DNA of 64,000 nucleotides from positions 88,073 through 152,072 of the forward strand of contig CALNYG010000015.1 of NCBI GenBank assembly GCA_942490825.1, read 5' to 3'. Source of the stretch: Candidatus Moraniibacteriota bacterium (GTDB lineage: Bacteria; Patescibacteriota; Minisyncoccia; Moranbacterales; GCA-2747515). Position 1 is the first letter of the stretch, and each line of letters starts with the position of its first letter. Shown piece by piece: positions 17,709 to 24,965 of this stretch. Below the pieces are notes generated by a model. The model saw only the letters and a list, made by a program, of their open reading frames with translations, had not been told where the DNA came from and ran no database searches. The position numbers and the translations under genes are program-made.

Positions 17709-18863
17709 ATGGAAGAACAATTTCAAAACTTAAATAATAGTACTCAAAACGTTCAGAATGAGGTTAATACAGCTAGAGAAAAGATAGATAATTTATTGCG
17801 TTTTGCAGTTAGTCAGAAAGCTTCCGATTTGCATTTAGCAGTGGGTCGTCACCCAACTGTACGTATTGATGGATCTTTGGTTCTTATGGAACAAGAAAGT
17901 ATATTACGTCCAGAAGATACAGTTGCGATAGGAAATTATTTGATGTCTGAAAGAAATAAAGCAGAATACAAGAAAAATGGTCATTCTGATTTTTCATATA
18001 GCCTTGAAGGCATTGCTCGTTTTAGGGTAAACGTTTTTTCTCAAAAGGGAAATGCGGGAGTTGTCATGCGTGTTATTAATAGTGAAATAAAAAGATTGCA
18101 AGATTTAGGTATTCCAGATATTGTCTATAGTTTTGCTAATTTTTCGCAAGGACTTTTTTTAGTTACAGGTCCAGTTGGTTCAGGTAAATCAACTACATTA
18201 GCAGCTCTTATTGATTTCATTAATCATAATCAAACTCATAATATTATTACTATTGAAGATCCTATTGAATATATCTACACTCCGGATAAGAGTATTGTCA
18301 ATCAGAGAGAGATTGGTCAGGATACATCTAATTTTCAAAGTGCTTTAAGAGCGGCTTTACGTGAAGATACAAACGTTATTCTTATCGGAGAGATGAGAGA
18401 TTTAGAAACGATTAGTACTGCAATTACAGCTGCAGAAACAGGACATTTAATTTTCGCTACTTTACATACAAACGATTCAGCTCAAACAGTGGATCGTATT
18501 ATTGACATGTTTCCTGCTCACCAACAAAATCAGGTTCGTTCTCAGTTGTCTAGTATTCTTTTGGGTGTTATGTCTCAGCGTTTGATTCCAAGATTGGATG
18601 GTGGTCGAGTTCCAGCAGTTGAAATTATGATTAAGAATAATGCGATTGAAAATTTGATTCGCGAAGGAAAAACTTATCAGATTGATACTGTGATTGAGAC
18701 TGGTCAAAATGAAGGTATGATTTCTTTGGATAAGTCATTGTCAGAATTGGTTCAAAATGGAATAATTTCAGAAGAACAAATGATGATTTATGCTAAGAAT
18801 AGGGAGTACGCTCAAATGTTAGCTCGAGGCGGAGTTCAAGAATCAATTTATATAAATGAATAA
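17709..18863 (+). CDS. pilT: twitching-motility retraction ATPase PilT
   Basis: Walker A GPVGSGKSTT, GEMRD and AQTVDRIID motifs. The roughly 380-aa size is typical of PilT. Confidence 0.9.
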   Translation: MEEQFQNLNNSTQNVQNEVNTAREKIDNLLRFAVSQKASDLHLAVGRHPTVRIDGSLVLMEQESILRPEDTVAIGNYLMSERNKAEYKKNGHSDFSYSLEGIARFRVNVFSQKGNAGVVMRVINSEIKRLQDLGIPDIVYSFANFSQGLFLVTGPVGSGKSTTLAALIDFINHNQTHNIITIEDPIEYIYTPDKSIVNQREIGQDTSNFQSALRAALREDTNVILIGEMRDLETISTAITAAETGHLIFATLHTNDSAQTVDRIIDMFPAHQQNQVRSQLSSILLGVMSQRLIPRLDGGRVPAVEIMIKNNAIENLIREGKTYQIDTVIETGQNEGMISLDKSLSELVQNGIISEEQMMIYAKNREYAQMLARGGVQESIYINE

Positions 18864-18865
18864 AT

Positions 18866-20074
18866 ATGAAGTTTAAATTTAAGGCGATAGATCAACAAGG
18901 TCAAAAAAAGAAAGGTGTCTTGGAGGCAGCTAATAGAGAGATGGCAACTGCTTTATTAAAGCGTAATAATTTAAACCCTATTTCTCTTGCTGTAGTTAAG
19001 GGTGTTTCTGAATGGTCTCAAAAAATAGAAGACATGACTACGACTGTTAAACAAAAAGATATATTGGTATTTTTTCGTGAGCTATCTACATTAATTGGAG
19101 CTAAAATTCCAATCTCGACCGCTTTACAAACTATCAAAGATCAAACTGCAAATAAGAAATTAGCTCGAATAATTGGTGAAATTGAATCAGATGTGAGGGA
19201 TGGTATATCTGTTTCTGATGGTTTTGCTAAACATTCTGATATTTTTCCACCTCTTACTGTTAACATGATTAAAGCGGGAGAGCTTTCCGGTAATTTACAG
19301 GGATCAATTGATTATGTTAATAAAAATACAGAGCGTAATTATCAATTGACCAGTCAACTTAAAGGAGCATTGATGTATCCAGCTTTTGTTATTATGGTAG
19401 CCGGTGGAATTGGTTTCTTGACTATTACATGGATTTTGCCAAGATTGACTGAAGTTATTAAAGATTTAGATGTACCAATTCCTTGGTATACTCAGTTTAT
19501 GATTGATTTAGGAACTTTCATGGAGAGTTATTGGTGGGCAGTTTTACTTGCAGCATTATTTTTTGTAGGGGGTATGTATGCATATGTTAAAAGTGATGAT
19601 GGAAAAAAAGAGTGGGACAAATTCCAATTAAAAATTCCAATTCTTGGAAAATTATTGACTTACGTATATATTACTCGCTTTGCGGAAAACTTTTCTGTAC
19701 TTATAAAAGGAGGTATACCTATTATTAAATCGCTAACAATTATTGCAGAAGTTGTTAATAACAGTGTCTATAGAAATATTATTCTTTTAATGGCTAAAGA
19801 TATTGAAGATGGAGGTGAGATTGGTGCGGAGTTTTTTAAACATGAGGAAATTCCTTTAATGGTTTCTCGTATGATAAAGATTGGTCAGGAGACAGGTCGT
19901 TTAAGTCAGATTTTAGAAGATGTAGCAGATTTTTATCAGAAGGAGGTTTCACAAATTACGAAAAATATTTCTTCTGTTATTGAGCCAATAATCATTATTG
20001 TTTTAGGTTTCGGTGTAGGTATTTTGGTATTTTCAGTTTTGCTGCCAATTTATAATGTTGCAGGACAATTATAA
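18866..20074 (+). CDS. pilC: type IV pilus platform protein PilC (GspF family)
   Basis: 402 aa with a duplicated GspF-type domain and three TM segments. Starts 2 nt after pilT. Confidence 0.9.
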   Translation: MKFKFKAIDQQGQKKKGVLEAANREMATALLKRNNLNPISLAVVKGVSEWSQKIEDMTTTVKQKDILVFFRELSTLIGAKIPISTALQTIKDQTANKKLARIIGEIESDVRDGISVSDGFAKHSDIFPPLTVNMIKAGELSGNLQGSIDYVNKNTERNYQLTSQLKGALMYPAFVIMVAGGIGFLTITWILPRLTEVIKDLDVPIPWYTQFMIDLGTFMESYWWAVLLAALFFVGGMYAYVKSDDGKKEWDKFQLKIPILGKLLTYVYITRFAENFSVLIKGGIPIIKSLTIIAEVVNNSVYRNIILLMAKDIEDGGEIGAEFFKHEEIPLMVSRMIKIGQETGRLSQILEDVADFYQKEVSQITKNISSVIEPIIIIVLGFGVGILVFSVLLPIYNVAGQL

Positions 20075-20097
20075 TGTAATTTCTAGAGTGTATGATA

Positions 20098-20124
20098 TTG
20101 ATTATTATATTTGTATGATATAAT
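20098..20124 (+). promoter_or_regulatory. promoter of the pilin gene
   Basis: TTGATT (20098-20103), a 15-nt spacer, then extended -10 TGATATAAT (20116-20124). A strong SD GGAGGTGA lies at 20161-20168. Confidence 0.4.
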
Positions 20125-20175
20125 GAGATAGTGCTAAATAAAAATAAAAATAAAAAGAATGGAGGTGAATAAAAT

Positions 20176-20628
20176 ATGAAAATGAAAAGAGGTTTTACTT
20201 TGATTGAGTTGTTGATTGTTATTGCAATCATTGGTATTTTGGCTGCGGTTATTATGCCAAGTTTGACTGGAGCAAGGAAAAAAGCTAGGGAGGCTAATTT
20301 TATTCAGAGTGTTAAAGGTCTACAAACAGGATTTATTCTTTGTTGTGATCAGTATGATGCTAAAATTAATCCTGCAGAAATGGGCAAAGATATTTGTAGT
20401 CAAGCGATTGATACTTATTGGCCAAGTGGAAATCAGTTTACAGATATGATGGGAGATGGGTCAGGTCCAACAGATATAAATTGTGAATATGGAGAATTTG
20501 CAGTTGATATTTTCCCAAAAACAGGTGCTTTTGGAGACTGTACAGAAGCAAAAATTACCGATGGAGGTGTATTTTTTTCAGGTTGTAAAACTATAGCAAA
20601 TACTATAAATGATCCAGATGCAGAATAA
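20176..20628 (+). CDS. type IV pilin
   Basis: Class III signal and N-methylation motif KRGFTLIELLIVIAIIGILAA. Cys-rich C-terminal globular domain. Confidence 0.9.
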   Translation: MKMKRGFTLIELLIVIAIIGILAAVIMPSLTGARKKAREANFIQSVKGLQTGFILCCDQYDAKINPAEMGKDICSQAIDTYWPSGNQFTDMMGDGSGPTDINCEYGEFAVDIFPKTGAFGDCTEAKITDGGVFFSGCKTIANTINDPDAE

Positions 20629-20646
20629 TAAATAATTTTTTTATTT

Positions 20647-20686
20647 AAAAAAGATCCGATTTTTATTTAATTTCGGATTTTTTTTA
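20647..20686 (+). terminator. terminator after the pilin gene
   Basis: Stem GATCCGA/TCGGATT followed by a T9 run. Confidence 0.6.
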
Positions 20687-20748
20687 TTGTACTTTATTTG
20701 AATTACTATGTATTATTAAAGATGAATATTATAATTTAAATTTCTTTT

Positions 20749-21204
20749 ATGAAATGTCCGTTTTGCAGAAAAAAACAAGAAACAAAAGTAATCGATTCTC
20801 GGGAGGTGAAAAGTGGTCGAGCAGTGCGTCGACGACGGGAATGTTTAAAATGTAGTGAGCGTTTCACGACTTATGAGGATGTTGAAGTTGTGCGTTTAAC
20901 GATAGTTAAGCGAGATGGGAGTAAAGAGGAATATGATAGAAAAAAGATAGAGGAAGGAATTCGACGTGCTTTGAAAAAACGTCCTATTAATGAAGAACGT
21001 ATTGATCGATTATTGAATGAGATTGAATATGATATTCGAGCTAAAGAAAAAAGATCAATGGCTAGTCGTGAAATTGGGCGGATTATTATGGATAAATTGC
21101 GAGAAGTGGATGATGTGGCATTTATTCGTTTTGCTAGTGTTTATAAATCTATTGGTTCAGCGAGTAGTTTCAGTAAGGTTATTCAAGACTTAATGAAAGA
21201 TTAA
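20749..21204 (+). CDS. nrdR: transcriptional repressor NrdR
   Basis: N-terminal Zn ribbon MKCPFC...CLKC followed by an ATP-cone domain. 151 aa. Confidence 0.9.
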   Translation: MKCPFCRKKQETKVIDSREVKSGRAVRRRRECLKCSERFTTYEDVEVVRLTIVKRDGSKEEYDRKKIEEGIRRALKKRPINEERIDRLLNEIEYDIRAKEKRSMASREIGRIIMDKLREVDDVAFIRFASVYKSIGSASSFSKVIQDLMKD

Positions 21205-21208
21205 TTTT

Positions 21209-21427
21209 ATGGAAATTAAGGTGAAAGTTATTACTCGAGCTAGAATGAATAAGGTTGAAAAAGTGGAGGATTATTATGTTGTGAGGACTTCGGCTGTTCC
21301 TGATTCTGGTAAGGCTAATGTTGCAGTACAAAAATTATTAGCTAAATACTTTTCTATTGGAAAAAGTAAAATTAATATTTTGAAAGGTGAAAAATCTAGG
21401 ATGAAGATTGTTTCGATAGAATATTAG
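21209..21427 (+). CDS. DUF167 (YggU-like) family protein
   Basis: 72 aa. ...GKANVAVQKLLAKYFSI...ILKGEKSR.K resembles YggU/DUF167. Confidence 0.55.
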   Translation: MEIKVKVITRARMNKVEKVEDYYVVRTSAVPDSGKANVAVQKLLAKYFSIGKSKINILKGEKSRMKIVSIEY

Positions 21428-21530
21428 TTTTTTATATTTTTTGTGAATTTAAAAAATTATCCGGAATCTAGAAAGCTTTAAGATTGCTAATAAAGTTTTA
21501 AGTTCAATTTTTATCTGAAATTCTGAATAA

Positions 21531-21732
21531 ATTATTTTTTCACTGCGTTACAAAATAATTTTTCAGGATGACATAGTCAGGGAGTTTTGTGAATTTCTGT
21601 AGGGGATTCTTCACTTCTTTATTTTTTCTAACGAAAAAATAAATCCGTTCAGAATGACATGTAAATTAGATGACAGGAATGTTCTATAATTTCGAAAAAT
21701 GATAAATAGTGAAAAGCCCGCGCGGCGAGCGC
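21531..21732 (+). repeat. intergenic hairpin-repeat cluster R3
   Basis: Module B at 21531-21574 (ctgaataaattattt...aaataatttttcaggatgacat). Module A at 21605-21659. AGCCCGCGCGGCGAGCGC unit at 21715-21732, 49 nt upstream of comEC. Confidence 0.85.
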
Positions 21733-21780
21733 TTTTTTTATTTTAGGGAATATTAATTTTTTTAGTAAATTTTTTGAAGT

Positions 21781-23229
21781 ATGAAAAAATTGCACATTTC
21801 TCAGGTTTTTCTTTGGGCGATGATTTCTTTGATTAGTGGAATAGGTTTAGGATTATTCTTTGGTTTGCCAAGGGATTATTTTTTATTTATTTTTTTAATT
21901 TTGATTTTAACTGTAGGTATTTTATTTTATCGGAGTGCTTTTTTTGGTTTTTCGATTTTGATGATTTGTTTTTTGGCTTTGGGTTTTTGGCGGGGTAGTC
22001 AATCGATTGAAAAGGCTAATGATATTTCTTTGATTGATACTGAAATTCAAGGGGAGGTAAAAGTTGTAAAAGCTCCTGTGAGAAAGAGTTATTATTCGTC
22101 TGTTATTGTTCATTTTCGAGATCCAGATTTTAAGGTTTTAATAAAAGCACCTAAACATACGGATATTGTTTATGGTGATAAATTGAATTTAAAATGTAAT
22201 TTGACTGTTCCGGAAAATTTCGATGATTTTGATTATCGGATGTATTTGGCGATGAGGGATATTAAATATATTTGTGATGAATATGAGTTTGAGAAAATTG
22301 ATCATGAAAAAACGATTCTTTCTATTTTGGCGGAATGGCGGATGAAAATGGAGGGTAATATTAATCTTTTGATTCCAGCTCCGCAATCTGCTTTGGCGAA
22401 TGGTTTGATTTTTGGTGGGGATGATCGACTTTCGGAAGATTTGAAAAGTGATTTTTCGCGAACGGGGATGACGCATATTGTTGCGGTTTCGGGTTATAAT
22501 GTTACGGTGATTGCGATGGTTGTAATGTCGGTGGCGATTTTTTTGGGTGCTTGGAGGAAGCAATCGGTTTGGTGGGCGATTGGGGCGGTTTTGTTTTTTG
22601 TGGCGATTATTGGTTTTCCACCGTCGGGTATTCGGGCGGCGATAATGGGATCGTTGGTTTTGGTGGCGGTTATTTATGGTCGGGCGGGAAGTATTGCCGG
22701 AGCAATTTGTTTTTCGGCGGCGGTGATGTTATTTTTTAATCCTTTGTTATTGAGATATGATGTGGGTTTTCAGCTTTCGTTTTTGGCGACGTTGGGAATT
22801 ATTTTGATTTATCCTATTTTTGAGAATTATTTGGTTTCGAGATTTAAGGTTTTTGGTTTGACTGAGATTATTTTTTTGACTATTTCGGCTCAGCTTTTTG
22901 TGTTGCCGATTATTATTTATAATTTTAATGTTTTTTCGAATATTTCTTTGGTGGCGAATATTTTGATTTTGCCTATTGTTCCGTTGACGATGTTTTTTGT
23001 GTTTTTTGCGATGGTGGCGAGTTTGGTGTTTTGGCCGTTGGCGGTTTTATTGGCTTGGTGTGCTTATTTTCTTTTGTTTTATGAGGTTTGGGTGGTGAAT
23101 TTCTTGGCTGATTTGGGTTGGAGTTGTGTGGAGATTGGGGATTTTAATGTTTGGTGGTATGTTTTGTATTATTTGGTTTTGATTGAGGGATTGAGAATTT
23201 GGTATAATAGGAAAGTAGATGATAATTAA
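21781..23229 (+). CDS. comEC: ComEC/Rec2 family DNA-uptake channel, short form without a metallo-beta-lactamase domain
   Basis: N-terminal TM helices plus an OB-like region. The competence domain contains GMTHIVAVSGYNVTVIA. It ends at 482 aa with no HxHxDH motif. Confidence 0.8.
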   Translation: MKKLHISQVFLWAMISLISGIGLGLFFGLPRDYFLFIFLILILTVGILFYRSAFFGFSILMICFLALGFWRGSQSIEKANDISLIDTEIQGEVKVVKAPVRKSYYSSVIVHFRDPDFKVLIKAPKHTDIVYGDKLNLKCNLTVPENFDDFDYRMYLAMRDIKYICDEYEFEKIDHEKTILSILAEWRMKMEGNINLLIPAPQSALANGLIFGGDDRLSEDLKSDFSRTGMTHIVAVSGYNVTVIAMVVMSVAIFLGAWRKQSVWWAIGAVLFFVAIIGFPPSGIRAAIMGSLVLVAVIYGRAGSIAGAICFSAAVMLFFNPLLLRYDVGFQLSFLATLGIILIYPIFENYLVSRFKVFGLTEIIFLTISAQLFVLPIIIYNFNVFSNISLVANILILPIVPLTMFFVFFAMVASLVFWPLAVLLAWCAYFLLFYEVWVVNFLADLGWSCVEIGDFNVWWYVLYYLVLIEGLRIWYNRKVDDN

Positions 23230-23244
23230 TATATTTTTTAAAAT

Positions 23245-23976
23245 ATGAAATGTAAACTTTGCCTACAAGAAAAGAAACTTTGTAAAAAATCTCATATAAT
23301 TCCTAATTTTACCTATAAAAGAGAGTTATTTAGAAATAGTAAAAATAATAGTGCTATTTCTTTCGATATAAAAAGTGGTAAAAAAAGAAATATAAATACT
23401 GGAGAATATGAGTCAAATATATTATGTGAAGAATGTGACAATAAAATCATAGGAAGTCTGGAGGATTATTTCTCAAGGATTCTTTATGGAGGAAAAACAA
23501 AAGACGATATAAGAAATGGTATGATAAGACAACAAGATGGATTGGAATATGCTTTAGTTAAAAATGTTGATTATAAAAAAATAAAGCTATTTTTATTATC
23601 AATTATCTGGAGAGCTAGTATTTCAAGTAGACCATTTTTTAGACATGTTGATTTAGGTCCATATGAAGATAAAATAAGAAAATTTATTTTTGATAATGCA
23701 GAAGTTTCTGCTGATTTTTGTCCCTGTTCTATTTTTTCTTTTAAAAAACATTTTTTATTGGAGAAATCTTTTTTTAATCCTGTAAAAAGTAAGTTGGGTT
23801 TTAGTAGAGTTTATCAGTTTTTTATTGGAGGACTTCAGTATAATTTCGTAATAACAGAAAAAGAAAGTGACCCTTCGGTTTTAGAGTCAGCTTTGAAGGA
23901 GAATGGTGAATTAAAAGTGATTAGTTTTAGAGAAGGTGTAGGCGATACCTTGTTGAAAAGATATTTTAAAAATTAA
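23245..23976 (+). CDS. hypothetical Zn-ribbon protein, possible divergent HNH-like nuclease
   Basis: CKLC...KSHIIPNF...(44 aa)...NILCEECDNKI recalls the CxxC / H-I-I-P / N...LCxxC layout of HNH motifs, but the spacing is atypical. AT-rich. 15 nt separate it from the comEC stop codon. Confidence 0.45.
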   Translation: MKCKLCLQEKKLCKKSHIIPNFTYKRELFRNSKNNSAISFDIKSGKKRNINTGEYESNILCEECDNKIIGSLEDYFSRILYGGKTKDDIRNGMIRQQDGLEYALVKNVDYKKIKLFLLSIIWRASISSRPFFRHVDLGPYEDKIRKFIFDNAEVSADFCPCSIFSFKKHFLLEKSFFNPVKSKLGFSRVYQFFIGGLQYNFVITEKESDPSVLESALKENGELKVISFREGVGDTLLKRYFKN

Positions 23977-24357
23977 AAATACCTTAACAAGTTATTCTTT
24001 GTGTTACGGTGGAGAGAAGTGAATAGTTACGAGGAATTTGGTTGATTATTGAAATTAAATGTGATAGTACTTATAAAAGTACTTATAAAATTTATCTTTT
24101 TTGGCTTGCAAGAGGGTTAACAATTAAAAAATGGTTTATGTTTTTCATAAGATTTATGAAAGTGATAAAATTTTTAATTAAGTCAACATTAATATTTAGT
24201 AATATGGTAGAAAATGAATTGTTAGAGAATGATATAAATATTTTGTTAGCCAAAGAATGTAAATAATCTTTTTAAAAAAATAAAAAACCAGTTGTTGAAA
24301 CTAGTTTGGGTAAGTTTATATTGAATTTTTGCAAAGAAAAAAGCATAAAACTTTTTA

Positions 24358-24446
24358 AGGGAGGGAGAAGGAGGACTGAGGAGATGTGTACATTGTACAC
24401 AGATAGGAAGGGGGGGATGATGGAGTTTAAAAAATTGTTATGCTGA
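24358..24446 (+). other. purine-rich GC island with a candidate 20-codon small ORF
   Basis: AAGGGAGGGAGAAGGAGGACTGAGGAG is followed by ATG 24384 and a TGA at 24444-24446 (MCTLYTDRKGGMMEFKKLLC). The 15-nt palindrome GTGTACATTGTACAC lies at 24386-24400. The flanks gcataa(a)ac and gttatgc can pair. Confidence 0.3.
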
Positions 24447-24560
24447 CTTTTTCTTACTGCGGTAAGATTAAGCTACTTATATTCTATAACATTTAAATTA
24501 TTTGGCAAGGGGGTGGCTGTGGATAACTTTTTTAATTTAGAGTTTGGTGATTGTACGAGA

Positions 24561-24851
24561 TCCTGAATAAATTATTTTTCCATTGCATTACAAAATAATT
24601 TTTCAGGATGACATAGGCGGGGAGATTTGTGATTTTATTTGGGGGATTCTTCACTGCGTAATTTTGTCTGACGACAAAACTACTTCGTTCAGAATGACAG
24701 GTAAATTTAATGTTATCAAAAAAATATAAAAATTATATTGTAGGGGCTGTGCCTTGTGCCTGCCCATGCGATGAACTTTAAATTTTACGCAAAGGGCGAC
24801 CACAAGGGATCGCCCCTACAAATTATGTATCATAGCCCGTGCGGCAGGCAC
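24561..24851 (+). repeat. intergenic hairpin-repeat cluster R4
   Basis: Module B at 24561-24614. Module A at 24645-24700. GTAG/CTAC-bounded long hairpin at 24738-24820 (tgtaggggc...gcccctaca). AGCCCGTGCGGCAGGCAC at 24834-24851. Confidence 0.85.
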
Positions 24852-24871
24852 TTTATTTCTTTAAAAATAAA

Positions 24872-24900
24872 TTAGACAAAACGGTTTTTTATCGTATACT
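24872..24900 (+). promoter_or_regulatory. candidate promoter of pepN
   Basis: TTAGAC, a 17-nt spacer, then TATACT. It lies 21 nt downstream of the AGCCCGTGCGGC unit. Confidence 0.35.
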
Positions 24901-24965
24901 TATAGTTATAGAAAGATTATAAATATTTAAAATTAAAATTATGTCAAAAATGAAAAAAAACTTGT

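Noticed and set aside
24042-24266. 74-aa ORF with a TTG start
   Set aside because: It has a low-complexity K/I/F-rich translation, no start context, and sits in an intergenic accessory stretch. There is no support beyond being open.
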